Part shown: one piece after another, positions 53,646 through 64,000 of the stretch
Layout of the letters: every line of letters starts with the position of its first letter
Position numbering within the stretch: the first letter of the stretch is position 1
Assembly: GCA_963717935.1 (NCBI GenBank)
Contig: CAVQXP010000004.1
Span: 1,824,001-1,888,000 of the forward strand
DNA length: 64,000 nucleotides
Direction: 5' to 3'
Origin: Candidatus Eiseniibacteriota bacterium
Lineage (GTDB): Bacteria; Eisenbacteria; RBG-16-71-46
Made by a program: the position numbers and the translations under genes
The notes under the pieces: model-generated
Databases searched by the model: none
What the model saw: only the letters and a program-made list of their open reading frames with translations
What the model was told of the DNA's origin: nothing

Positions 53646-54749
53646 GTGGTGACCCTTCGCCAGTTGCTCGAGGACATGGTGTCACGGCGGGCTTCGGACC
53701 TGCACATCACGGCCGGATTGCCGCCGGAATTCCGCGTGGACGGTGCCATCGCGCCGAGCGAGTACGACGTGCTCGGCCCGGAGCACACCGTGCAGCTCGC
53801 CTACAGCGTGATGTCGGACGAGCAGCGCAAGCGCTTCGAGACCACCAAGGAACTGGATTTCTCGTTCGGCATCAAGGGACTTGCGCGCTACCGCGCCAAC
53901 GTCTTCCTGCAGCGCGGGACGGTCTGCATGGTGATCCGGCAGATCCCGTTCGAGATCCTGGCGATGGACAAGCTGGGGCTGCCGAACGTGGCGCGCGAGT
54001 TCACCAGCCGCATGAAGGGGATGATCCTGGTGACCGGGCCGACCGGGAGCGGCAAGTCCACGACGCTGGCCGCGATGCTGGACAAGATCAACCAGACGCG
54101 TCAGTGCCACATCATCACCATCGAGGATCCGGTCGAGTACATCCACCACCACAAGAAGTGCATCGTGAACCAGCGCGAGGTCGGCTCGGACACGGCATCG
54201 TTCCCGACCGCGCTCAAGTACGTCCTGCGGCAGGATCCGGACATCATCCTGATCGGCGAGATGCGCGACCTCGAGACCATCGAGGCGGCGCTCACCATCG
54301 CCGAGACCGGGCACCTGGTGTTCGCCACCCTGCACACGAACTCGACCTACGAGGCGGTCAACCGCATCGTGGACGTGTTCCCCGCGGACCAGCAGAAGCA
54401 GATCCTCACCCAGCTCGCCTTCACGCTCGAGGGGGTGATCACCCAGCAGCTCATCCCGCGCAGTCACGGCACGGGGCGCGTCCTGTGCGCCGAGGTGCTG
54501 GTGTGCACGCCGGCCATCAAGGCCGTGATCCGCGAGGGCAAGAGCCATCAGATCTACAGCCTCATGCAGGTCGGTCAGAAGTTCGGCATGCAGACCATGA
54601 ACCAGGCGCTCCTGCAGGCGGTGCTCGACAAGCACCTGACGCCCGAGGACGCGCTCGACCACTGCAGCGACCGGACCGAGCTCGAAGGGATGCTCGGGAA
54701 GGTCTGGGCCGGGTCGGCCGGTGGCACGGCCCACCGGAAAGTCGCGTAG
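53646..54749 (+). CDS. pilT: Type IV pilus retraction ATPase
   Basis: ASDLH, GPTGSGKSTT, NQREVG, AETGHLV, AIKAVIRE, GMQTM. Confidence 0.96.
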   Translation: MVTLRQLLEDMVSRRASDLHITAGLPPEFRVDGAIAPSEYDVLGPEHTVQLAYSVMSDEQRKRFETTKELDFSFGIKGLARYRANVFLQRGTVCMVIRQIPFEILAMDKLGLPNVAREFTSRMKGMILVTGPTGSGKSTTLAAMLDKINQTRQCHIITIEDPVEYIHHHKKCIVNQREVGSDTASFPTALKYVLRQDPDIILIGEMRDLETIEAALTIAETGHLVFATLHTNSTYEAVNRIVDVFPADQQKQILTQLAFTLEGVITQQLIPRSHGTGRVLCAEVLVCTPAIKAVIREGKSHQIYSLMQVGQKFGMQTMNQALLQAVLDKHLTPEDALDHCSDRTELEGMLGKVWAGSAGGTAHRKVA

Positions 54750-54758
54750 GAGGATCCC

Positions 54759-55982
54759 ATGCCTGTCTTCGTGTGGAAGGGACGTACGCTCGCGGGTGAG
54801 GCGCAGAGCGGAGAGATCGAGGTCGGGCGCCAGGACGAGGCCGTCGATCTGCTGCGCAAGAAGAAGATCCTGGTCACCTCGATGCGGCCCAAGAGCGGCG
54901 GCTTCAAGCTGCCGAAGTTCGGCGGCTCCGGCGTGACGACCAAGGACCTCGCCATCTTCACGCGCCAGTTCGCCACCATGATCTCGGCCGGTCTGCCGCT
55001 GGTCCAGTGCCTCGACATCCTGGCCAAGCAGGCCAGCAAGCCCTCGTTCGGCCGGGTGATCGGGGAGGTCACGCGCGAGGTCGAGGCCGGCGCGACGCTG
55101 GCGGATGCGCTGGGCAAGCACAAGACTCGTCTTCGACGACCTGTTCCGCAACATGGTGGCCGCGGGCGAGGCCGGCGGCGTGCTGGACGAGATCCTCATG
55201 CGCCTCGCCACGTACATCGAGAAGGCGGACGCCCTGAAGCGCAAGATCCAGGGCGCGATGGTCTACCCGGCGGTGGTGCTCTCGGTGTGCGTCGGGGCCG
55301 CGGCCTTCATGCTGATCTTCATCATCCCGACCTTCGCCAAGATGTTCACCGATTTCGGCGGTGAGCTGCCGCTGCCCACCAAGGTCGTGCTGATGCTGTC
55401 CGAGCGGCCTGCAGAGCTTCTGGTGGGTGATCGTGCTGGCCGTGGTCGGCTCGGTGATCGCGCTATCAAGCGCTACTACGCCACCGAGGCAGGCCACCGG
55501 AACATCGACGCGACGATGCTGCGCGTGCCGGTGCTGGGCGACGTCCTGCTGAAGGGCGCCGTGGCGCGCTTCACGCGCACGCTCGGCACCCTCATCGCCT
55601 CGGGCGTGCCGATCCTGGCGGGCCTGGAGATCACGGCGCGCACGGCGGGCAACCGGATCATCTCCGAGGCCATCATGACGGCGCGGGCGTCGATCCGCGA
55701 GGGCGAGACGGTGTCGGCGCCGCTGAAGACATCGGGAGTGTTCCCGCCGATGGTGGTGCAGATGATCTCGGTGGGCGAGCAGACCGGCGCGCTCGACGAG
55801 ATGCTCACGAAGATCGCCGTCTTCTACGAGGCCGAGGTGGACACGGCGGTGGACGACCCTGACCTCCGATCATCGAGCCGGTCATGATCGTGATGATGGG
55901 CGGCATGGTGGGCGGCATGGTCGTCGCCATGTACCTGCCCATGTTCAAGCTCATCAGCGTGGTCGCGGGCGGCGCCAACTGA
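54759..55982 (+). CDS. pilC: Type IV pilus platform protein (frameshifted)
   Basis: FTRQFATMISAGLPL, GEAGGVLD, VGEQTGALD, AMYLPMF. Confidence 0.93.
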
Positions 55983-57691
55983 TGAGGAACCCGTTCCCGC
56001 ACGAGACGGCTGACCCGGGCGCCACGCGCGCCGCGCGGCAGCCCGTGTCCGGCCCTGCGGGCCGGGCGCAGGCGCGCGCGCGTGGGCTCATGACCCTGGT
56101 CTGGGGCCGGCTCGTGGTGGCGGCGCTCGCGCTGCCGCTGGGCCTGCTGCTGCGCCCGGACGCCACCGGAGGCGATGCGCATCGCGGTCACCGGGTCGGC
56201 GGCGGCGATCGTGGTGATCTCGGTGCTCTTCGGGCTCGCGGCGCGCACGCGACGGGCGCTTGCGCTGCAGGCCTTCGCGCAACTGGCCGCGGACCTCGCG
56301 TTGGTGACGGCGCTGGCGGCCTACACCGGTGGAAGAGGGAGCCAGTTCGTACTCTTCTATGTGCTGGTGGTGATCACGGGCGGTCTGCTGGCCCGGCTCC
56401 CGGGCGGGCTGTTCGCCGCCGCGGGTGCCGGTGGCGCGTACGTGCTCCTGCCGACGCTCGTCGCGCGGGTGGACTCGTCCTGGGCGACCGCCGTCGAGCC
56501 GGTGCTCCCGACCGGCATGCTGCTCGCCTTCGTCGCCATCGTGGGTGTGCTGGCCGGCGTGCTGGGGCGGCGTGTGCGCGCGGCGCACGATGACCTGGAG
56601 CGCACCACGCGCGAGCTGGACCGCGTGCGCGTGGACAACGACGTCATCCTGCGGCACCTCGCGACCGGCGTGCTCACGGTGGATGCCTGGGGCATGGTCG
56701 CGTACCTGAACCCGGCCGCCGAGCAGGTGCTGGGACTGCGCACCGCGGAGCTGCGCGGCCGGACGCTGCAGGAGGCGCTGCCGGAGCGGCTCGGTCTGCT
56801 GCGCGACCTCGTGCAGGAGACGCTGGCCCGCGGCGAACCGCGGCTGCGCGCCGAATTGACCGCGCACTCGGCCGCGAACCACGAGCTGGTGCTGGGTGTG
56901 ACGACCAACCTGCTGCGCCACGAGGGCGTGGTGACGGGCGTGGTCGCGGTCTTCCAGGACCTGACCGAGGTGCGCGCCATGGAGCGGCGCGCGCGCCGCA
57001 ACGAGACCCTGGCCGAGGTGGGCGCGCTGGCGGCCGGGATCGCGCACGAGCTGCGCAACGGGCTCAAGCCGATCAGCGGCTCGGTGGAGTTCCTGCAGCG
57101 CGAACTCAAGCCCGAGGGCGAGAGCGCCGTGCTCATGAGCCTCATCACGCGGGAGTGCGGGCGGCTGAACCGGTTCGTGAGCGACCTGCTGAGCTACGCC
57201 CGCGAGCGCGACCTGGTGCCTGGAGCCGCTCGACCTCGACGAGCACATGGGCGAGTTGCGGGACGGACTGCGGCGCGACCCGCGCTGCAGCGCCGGACGT
57301 CCGGATCGACTTCGAGCCGCCCGGCGTGAGCGTACGCCTGCGGGGCGACCGCGAGCAGCTCCGGCAGGTCTGGCTGAACCTGGTCAACAACGCGCTGGAC
57401 GCGATGACCGGCAGCGGCGCCCTGACGGTGCGCTGGCGGCCGGCGGGCGACGGGCGGGCGGTCGTGGAATTCGAGGACCAGGGAGTCGGCATCGCTCCCG
57501 AAGTCCTGCCGCGCGTCGGCGAGCCGTTCTTCACCACCAAGCAGGAAGGCACCGGGCTGGGTGTGGCGATGGCCCAGCGCATCGTGGAGCGGCACGGCGG
57601 CACGCTTGCGTTCGAGAGCGCGCCGGGCCGTGGCACGATCGTCCGGGTGAGCCTGCCTGTGGAAGTCAAAATCCTAGCGGAAGCCGCTTGA
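55982..57691 (+). CDS. pilS: PilS-like sensor histidine kinase (frameshifted)
   Basis: Multi-TM N-terminus (TGG..SQF..FY), PAS, AHELRN H-box, N/G boxes, PFFTTK. Confidence 0.85.
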
Positions 57692-57726
57692 GAGACCGTG
57701 AACACCCCCCTGGAGAGGTGAACGAC

Positions 57727-59136
57727 ATGCCCACGGAGAAGATCCTGGTCGTAGACGACGAGCAGAGCATGACCCAGTTCCTGGGCATCGTGCTGCGCAA
57801 GGAAGGCTACCAGGTGACGTCCACCAATAGTGGCAAGGACGCGCTGGAGAAGGTCCGTGGCGAGAGCTTCGACGCCGTCATCACCGACATCCGCATGCCC
57901 GGGATGGACGGTATCCAGCTCCTGGAGGGGATCAAGAAGATCGACCCCACGCTGCCGGTCGTGATCATGACCGCATACGCGTCCCAGCAGTCGGCCATCG
58001 ACGCCGTGAACCTGGGCGCCTTCCAGTACCTCATCAAGAACGCGAAGAACGACGAGATCAAGCTGGTGGTGCGCAACGCCATCGAGATGCGGCGGGTGCG
58101 CAGCGAGAACCAGTATCTCAAGCGGGAGCTCAAGAAGGGACACGAGGAGAAGGTCATCATCGGCACCTCCGACGAGATGGTGCGCGTCTTCAAGATGGTG
58201 GAGAAGGTGGCCGACAGCGAGGCCACCATCATGATCCAGGGCGAGAGCGGCACCGGCAAGGAGCTCATCGCGCGCGAGATCCACTACAGCAGCCGGCGCG
58301 CCGGCGGCCCGTTCGTGAGCATCAACTGCGGCGCCATCCCGCGCGACCTGCTCGAGAGCAACCTGTTCGGGCACGTCAAGGGCTCCTTCACCGGCGCGGT
58401 GCGTGATTCCGCCGGCCTCTTCCAGGTCGCCGAGGGCGGCACGTTCTTCCTCGACGAGGTGGGGGAGATGCCGTCGGCCACGCAGGTCAAGCTGCTGCGG
58501 GCGCTCCAGGAGCGGGAGATCATCCCGGTCGGCGGCACCCAGCCGATCAAGATCGACTGCCGGCTCGTGGCCGCGACCAACGCCGACCTCGAGAAGGAGG
58601 TCGCCGAGGGGCGCTTCCGCGCCGACCTCTTCTACCGGCTCAACGTGATCCCCATCAAGCTGCCGCACCTGCGACAGCGCCGCGACGACATCCCGCTGCT
58701 GGTGGACCACTTCCTCAAGCGCTACGCGCTGAACAACCCGGCCAAGACCGTGAACCCGGAGGCCATGGAGCTGCTGATGAAGTACGACTGGCCCGGGAAC
58801 GTGCGCGAGCTCGAGAACGTCATGGAGCGTGCGCTCATCCTGGACGAGGGCGGGGTCATCGGGCCGGACGACCTGCCCGACAAGCTCCGCTTCGGCGCCG
58901 CCCACCGGGGCAGCCTCATCATCGACTCGCCGACGCTGACGCTCGAGGAGCTCGAGAAGGAGTACATCCTCAAGGTGCTCAGCTACACGCGCTGGCAGAA
59001 GAAGAAGGCCAGCGACCTGCTCGGGATCAATGCCTCGACGCTGTATCGCAAGCTGATCGCCTACGGGGTGGAGCGGGCGAGCGCCGAGGGGGATGACGAA
59101 GCCGAGTCGCGGGAGCCCCAGGCGCACGCCGCGTGA
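57727..59136 (+). CDS. pilR: Sigma54-dependent response regulator (PilR/NtrC family)
   Basis: Receiver domain, GESGTGKE, GSFTGA, WPGNVREL, Fis-type HTH; located between pilS and the pilin. Confidence 0.9.
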   Translation: MPTEKILVVDDEQSMTQFLGIVLRKEGYQVTSTNSGKDALEKVRGESFDAVITDIRMPGMDGIQLLEGIKKIDPTLPVVIMTAYASQQSAIDAVNLGAFQYLIKNAKNDEIKLVVRNAIEMRRVRSENQYLKRELKKGHEEKVIIGTSDEMVRVFKMVEKVADSEATIMIQGESGTGKELIAREIHYSSRRAGGPFVSINCGAIPRDLLESNLFGHVKGSFTGAVRDSAGLFQVAEGGTFFLDEVGEMPSATQVKLLRALQEREIIPVGGTQPIKIDCRLVAATNADLEKEVAEGRFRADLFYRLNVIPIKLPHLRQRRDDIPLLVDHFLKRYALNNPAKTVNPEAMELLMKYDWPGNVRELENVMERALILDEGGVIGPDDLPDKLRFGAAHRGSLIIDSPTLTLEELEKEYILKVLSYTRWQKKKASDLLGINASTLYRKLIAYGVERASAEGDDEAESREPQAHAA

Positions 59137-59311
59137 GGATTGCACCGTGCATGGACTGGCCGGTTCCGTTGCGAATCGCCACAGTCGGTGGCCGGTCCTC
59201 GTGGAGATTGCGCGGCGATCGAGGGGCCGCGGGCGGCGGATGGGCAAGGGCGATGAGCGCAAATCCCTGTACAGAGAAGCAGTAGGGACGCAGCACGGGG
59301 AGCGCGCCGCG

Positions 59312-59327
59312 TGGCACGACGGTTGCT
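59312..59327 (+). promoter_or_regulatory. Sigma54 promoter of the major pilin
   Basis: TGGCAC-GACGG-TTGCT; candidate enhancer sites at 59139-59153 and 59168-59182. Confidence 0.88.
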
Positions 59328-59400
59328 CGACTACCCGGTCGAGGGTCCAAGAGCCAACGCGACGGGCGACCCGAGGACTCAACCAGGAGGAGTGCCAGAC

Positions 59401-59841
59401 ATGTTCCGGTCCCAGAAAGGCTTCACCCTGATCGAGCTGATGATCGTGGTCGTCATCATCGGCATCCTTGCGGCGATCGCGATCCCGAACTTCATCGCGA
59501 TGCAGAACCGCGCCAAGGAAGGCAGCATCAAGGCCAACATGCACACCCTGCAGCTCGCCGCCGAGGACTACGGCGTCCGCAACGACGGCGTGTACTCGGC
59601 GACGATGACCGTCGGCACGGCGGCCACGGACTTCCAGCTCCCGGCGCAACTTCAAGAACCCGTTCGACGGCCTCACGACCTCGGGCCACGCGTGGGAAGA
59701 CCGGGCGGTCTTCACGGCAGCCGGCTTCGGCCGCCGTCTGGCATCACGAGCTACGGCGACTCGGCGACTGCGACCTACAACATCAAGGGCTACGGCAAGG
59801 ACGCGGCGCTCACGCTCCTGGTGCTGACCGCCGGGCAGTAG
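59401..59841 (+). CDS. pilA: Type IVa pilin (major), internal compensating frameshifts
   Basis: KG|FTLIELMIVVVIIGILAAIAIPNF; strong AGGAGG RBS. Confidence 0.92.
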   Translation: MFRSQKGFTLIELMIVVVIIGILAAIAIPNFIAMQNRAKEGSIKANMHTLQLAAEDYGVRNDGVYSATMTVGTAATDFQLPAQLQEPVRRPHDLGPRVGRPGGLHGSRLRPPSGITSYGDSATATYNIKGYGKDAALTLLVLTAGQ

Positions 59842-59861
59842 TCGGTCCAGATCCAGCGAAA

Positions 59862-59891
59862 CGCGGGGGTGGGAGATGTCCCGCCCCCGCG
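59862..59891 (+). terminator. GC-rich hairpin between the pilin genes
   Basis: CGCGGGGGTGGGA-GATG-TCCCGCCCCCGCG, 13-bp stem, no long U tract. Confidence 0.6.
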
Positions 59892-59961
59892 CCTTCGCGG
59901 CAGGGACGGCGCGAAGGGAGTTGCGCGGCCCCGTTGCCCGCGGAGACCTCGAGAGGATCCC

Positions 59962-60391
59962 ATGAGGCGTGACGGCGGCTTCACCCTCGATCGAGCTGAT
60001 GATCGTGGTCGTCGTGATCGGCATCCTGGCTGCGGTCGCGATCCCGAACTTCATCACGATGCAGGCGCGCTCCAGGGAGGCGGGCGTGAAGGCCAACATG
60101 CACACCTTCCAGCTCTCCGCCGAGGACTACGGCGTGCTGAACAACGGGTACTACCCGTCGAACGCGTCGGTGGTCGTGCCCCTCATGCCCGGGGGCGACG
60201 CCAACTTCAAGAACAGCTTCACCGGCTTGACGGGCAGCGGCGTCGCCTGGGAGGACCGGGGCACGTACGATGCGCCGGCGAGCACCATCCCGGGGATCAC
60301 GAGCTACTCGGACTCGAACAACTTCACCTACAACGTGAAGGGCCACGGGAAGACCAGCCCGATCTCGATCATCCTCACCTCCGGATACTGA
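59962..60391 (+). CDS. Second type IVa pilin, paralog (+1 insertion near 59987)
   Basis: MRRDGG|FTL-IELMIVVVVIGILAAVAIPNF; shares NMHTxQL.AEDY, AWEDR and GITSY with pilin 1. Confidence 0.88.
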
Positions 60392-60544
60392 GCGCGCTGC
60401 GGCCGCGGACGTCCCGCTCCCGCGGGGCGCGCCGGCCCATCTCCGGCGAGCCCCCCTCGTACGGTCTGACTCCGGCCCGCCCCCCCTCCCGAAGCGCCGC
60501 CACCATCCCCGCGCAAGGCATGTCGCACGGTCTGCCCGTTTGCG

Positions 60545-60560
60545 CGGCACGCGCGTTGCA
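60545..60560 (+). promoter_or_regulatory. Sigma54-like promoter upstream of the ABC genes
   Basis: CGGCAC-GCGCG-TTGCA. Confidence 0.55.
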
Positions 60561-60650
60561 ACCGGGGACGCCCCGGAGGATCGGCCGCGAGGCGCGATCG
60601 GCCGGATCCTGATGGCGCAAGGGGTTGGCCCCGGTGGAGGGAATCGGGAC

Positions 60651-61685
60651 GTGAGCGGAAACAGGCAGACTTCGGCCGCCTCGATCGCAGACCGGCAAGC
60701 GACTGGCCGGTCGACCGAGGTGCAGGCTGGAAGGGACCCCGGCCTGGCCGTCTGCGCCCGTGGTCTTGCGAAGCACTACGTGCACCCGTGGACACTCCGG
60801 GTGACGCGCGGGCTCGACGCGCTGGACCTCGACGTGCGCCGCGGCGAGGTGATGGGCCTGCTCGGTCCCAACGGTGCCGGGCAAGACCACCACGCTCAAG
60901 CTCCTCACGGGCCTGCTGAAGCCCACGCGCGGGCAGGCCTGGCTGATGGGCGAGCCGGTCGAGAGCACGGCTTCGCGCCGCGAGCCTCGGCTTCCTGCCC
61001 GAGCAGCCCTACTTCTACGACTACCTGAACGGCCTCGAGTATCTCGAACTGGCCGCGCGGCTCTCGGGCCTGGCGGCTGCGGTCGCCGCGCGAGCGGGCG
61101 CGCCACTGGCTCGGCCGGGTCGGGCTGGACGAGCGTCCGCGCCTGGGGCTGCGCAAGTACTCGAAGGGCATGCTGCAGCGCCTGGGGCTGGCGGCAGCGC
61201 TGGTGCACGACCCCGAGCTGCTCATCCTGGACGAGCCCATGAGCGGGCTCGACCCGTTCGGCCGTCGCGACGTGCGCGACCTCATCACCGAGCAGCGCGA
61301 GCGCGGCGTGACCGTGCTGTTCTCGTCGCACATCCTGCCGGACGTCGAGATGCTGTGCGACCGGGTGGCCATCATGATCGGTGGCCGCCTGACGCGAGTG
61401 GCCACGGTAGGCGAGCTGGTGGAGGACGGGACGCAGGCCGTCGAGATCCGCTGTGCGCCGGGCGCGTTGCTCGAGATCCCGCGGCACTGGTCGGGCCTGG
61501 TCTCGCGCACCCAGCGCGCCGACGAGTCGGTCTTCCGGTTCGAGGATGAGGCGCGACTGGCCGACGTGCTGGACTGGCTGCTCCGGGCGGGCGTGCAGGT
61601 GCGTGCCGTGACGCCGCAGCGGCCGACGCTCGAGTCGCTCTTCATGGCCGCCGCCGAGGCCGAGCGCGTGCGGAGGAGCGCATGA
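60651..61685 (+). CDS. ABC transporter ATP-binding protein (PilH-like), frameshifted
   Basis: [30 protein letters not shown]. Confidence 0.88.
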
Positions 61686-62447
61686 TCCCGCTGCTGATCG
61701 CGCACAACACGTTCCGCGAGGCCACGCGGGACCGCGTGGTGGCCGGGGTCGTCGTGGCCGGACTGGCGCTGCTCGCGCTGACGCAGGTGGCGAGTCCGCT
61801 CGCGCTGGGCGAGGGCGGACGGCTCACGGTGGACCTCGGGCTGCTCGGGCATCTCGATCCTCGGCCTGCTCGTCATCCTGCTCACCGGGACGAGTCTGGT
61901 CGCGAAGGAGGTCGAGCGGCGCACCATCTACAACCTGCTCTCGCGCCCGATCACGCGACCCGCCTACCTGGTGGGCAAGTGGGCGGGGCTCTCGGCGGCG
62001 CTGTGGACCGTGGCGCTGCTGCTCGGGCTGGCGCTGTGGGGCGTGCTGGGGACGCGCGGCCTGGCCGGGCACGGCGCGGCGGTGCTGCAGGGGGTCTACC
62101 TGGCCGGGCTCGAGCTCAGCGTGATCACGGCGCTGGCCGTGATGTTCTCGGCGCTCTCGACTCCGGTGCTCTCGGCGCTCTACACGCTGGGCTTCTACGT
62201 GGTGGGGCAGTGGAGCTACGACCTCCGCCTGCTGGCCGAGAAGCTCCCGAAGGATCTCGGATGGCTGCTGGCGGCGACTGCGAACCTGGTCCCGAATCTG
62301 CCGCTGTTCAACATGCGTACGCTCGCCGCGGAGGGACATCCCACGACCTGGCTGCACCTCGCGCTGGCCTCCGGCTACGCCGTGGTCTACGTGGCCTGCG
62401 CGCTGTGCCTGGCCACGGCCGCCTTCGAGTCGAAGGACTTCAAGTGA
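61682..62447 (+). CDS. ABC transporter permease (PilI-like), frameshifted
   Basis: [28 protein letters not shown], multiple TMs, FESKDFK end. Confidence 0.85.
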
Positions 62448-63207
62448 GTCCGCTGGCTGCGCTGGACTCGCGCCGGCGCCGCTTCCTCACGGCCTGGGCG
62501 GCTGCCCTCGTGCTCGGAACGGGGGTGTTCACGCTGGCGTCCGCCGCATGGCGGACCGTGCCGCATCCGCAGCCGCTCGAGGAATTGTCGTACTACCCGT
62601 CCGGGCGGTTCCTCGAGCCGGCGACGCTCGGGCATGCCGCGACCGCGGCCGACCTGGCGTGGCTGCGTGCGGTGCAGTACTACGGGCAGCACCGCATCAC
62701 GGACAACCAGTTCGTGCGGATGGGGCACGTGTTCGACATCCTCACCGCGCTCGATCCCGGGTTCGTGCCGGCGTACGTCTTCGGTGCCTTCGCCCTGGCC
62801 CAGGAGGGCCGGGACTTCCCTGCGGCCGAACGGCTCATGCGGAAGGGACTCGCGGCCAATCCGACGAGTGGCGAGCTGGCGTTCCAGCTTGGCTTCCTCT
62901 ACTACGTGCGCCCGGGCGGGCGGGACCTGCGTGCGCGCAGCCGAGTGCTTCGAACAGGCCGCGCGGCAGCCGGACGGGCCGCCCGCAGTCGGCCCGGTTC
63001 GCGGCCTTCGCCCGGCAGAACGCGGGGGATCTGGCGGTGGCCTACGAGCTGTGGTCCCAGGTCGAGCGCAACTCGCCCAACCTCTACCTGCGCGAGATCG
63101 CCCAGCGGGAGCGGGCCCGGATCCGCGAGGCGCTGGAACGCGGCCGCCGCGAGCAGGCCATGCGGCGCCTGACTACGCCGGCCGTGCTGTTCAAGAGGCG
63201 GCCGTGA
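62444..63207 (+). CDS. PilG/XapA-like TPR-containing protein, frameshifted
   Basis: LGHAATAADLAWLRAVQYYG, LDPGFVPAY, KGLAANP motifs; located after the pilus ABC genes. Confidence 0.65.
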
Positions 63208-63255
63208 GGCCCCCCCTGCGTCCCGGGGGGCCCGGAACGGGGCCCGAAAGGCGGC

Positions 63256-63283
63256 TCAAGGGACGGCCGCGGGCGACCGATAA
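63256..63283 (+). promoter_or_regulatory. Sigma28-like promoter upstream of pilM
   Basis: TCAAG-N15-ACCGATAA. Confidence 0.6.
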
Positions 63284-63435
63284 CCACAACGGCAGGTCAC
63301 CCGTCGGGGTCCAGAGGTCACGGGTAGCCTGGAGTTCGATTCGCTGTCGTTGGTTCCGCCGCGAGAGGCCCGAGAACCCCGCGGTTCAGCCCGCCGTGCC
63401 GGGTCAGGCCCGCACCGCGTCCAGGGAGTGAAGAC

Positions 63436-64000
63436 ATGCTCTTCGGCAAGAAGCAGTCCCTCGTGGGGCTGGACATCGGTAGCCACACCATCAAGGCGGT
63501 CGAGCTGGAGTCCCAGCCCAACAAGTCCTGGCGGCTCACCCGCTGGGGCATCTCGGCCCCGCTCGCCGAGGCCATCGTGGACGGCGAGATCATGGACCGC
63601 CAGTTGGTGACCGACGCCATCTCGAACCTGTTCGAGTCGCGCGGGATCAAGTCGCGCAACGTCGTCGCGGCGGTGAGCGGCCGGGCGGTGATCGTGAAGA
63701 AGATCACGATGAACCGTCTCTCCGCGGCCGACGCGCAGCAGGCCGTCTACTGGGAGGCCGAGCAGCACGTGCCGTACGACATCAACGACGTGTCGCTCGA
63801 CTTCGAGATCGTGGGCCCGGCCCCGAACGACCCCAAGCAGATGCAGGTGCTGCTGGTGGCCGCCAAGAAGGACATGGTCATGTCTTTCGGCGACCTGATC
63901 CGCGAGGCGGGGCTCACCCCGTCGGTCGTGGACGTGGACTCGTTCGCGGCGCAGAACGCGCTCGAGGCGAACTACGACTTCGCGCCCGAGGAGGTCGTCG
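63436..64000 (+). CDS. pilM: Type IV pilus assembly protein PilM (runs off the window)
   Basis: VGLDIGSHTIKAVEL, AIVDGEI, WEAEQHVPY, VLLVAAKKD, VDVDSFA. Confidence 0.92.
   Translation, partial: MLFGKKQSLVGLDIGSHTIKAVELESQPNKSWRLTRWGISAPLAEAIVDGEIMDRQLVTDAISNLFESRGIKSRNVVAAVSGRAVIVKKITMNRLSAADAQQAVYWEAEQHVPYDINDVSLDFEIVGPAPNDPKQMQVLLVAAKKDMVMSFGDLIREAGLTPSVVDVDSFAAQNALEANYDFAPEEVV

Noticed and set aside
59401..60391. Electrically conductive e-pilins, suggested by Geobacter-like synteny
   Set aside because: The pilins are long and have F1, F24, Y50 and Y58, but lack aromatics at positions 27 and 32. No cytochromes are in the window.
32135..63207. Genuine pseudogenes or programmed frameshifting in dinG, hut and pil genes
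   Set aside because: The frameshifts are scattered, without slippery motifs or other decay, and are best explained as sequencing error.

Overview
High-GC diderm bacterial chromosome segment. The gene content suggests an FCB-related candidate phylum such as Ca. Eisenbacteria, but this is inference only. (1) Bases 1-6972 are the right end of a genomic island abutting a tRNA-Glu(TTC) (6973-7048, minus strand). The island carries a large serine recombinase whose 3' end reads antisense into the tRNA, an apparently complete IS3 element, two IS3 left-end remnants, a SAM methyltransferase, a TorF-like porin, an output-less sensor domain and a beta-barrel protein. (2) About 7.1-37 kb holds exeA-like ATPase-SPOR, pyrE, a secreted subtilase, a lipoprotein, an M23 peptidase, dnaE, accA and trm112. 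These are followed by a type IX secretion-like cluster: PorU, PorV, an M6 protease with a sorting domain, two paralogous unknown proteins, an NHL protein, a SprA-like barrel and an Omp85 protein. (3) About 37-46 kb holds dinG and hutH-hutU-hutI-ftcD. (4) About 46-64 kb holds an SgmX-like TPR protein, a PHP protein, an ECF S component, a TonB-receptor-like barrel, comEA and a Myxococcus/Geobacter-style type IVa pilus cluster (pilB-T-C-S-R, two pilins, ABC/PilGHI-like genes, start of pilM). The most striking reading is regulatory. Sigma28(FliA/WhiG)-like motifs precede pilB, pilM, the SgmX-like gene and exeA-SPOR. Sigma54 promoters with a shared enhancer-like palindrome precede the pilin and a distant FN3 lipoprotein. 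Many genes after about 33.9 kb carry frameshifts; the ones checked are single-base insertions and look like sequencing errors.
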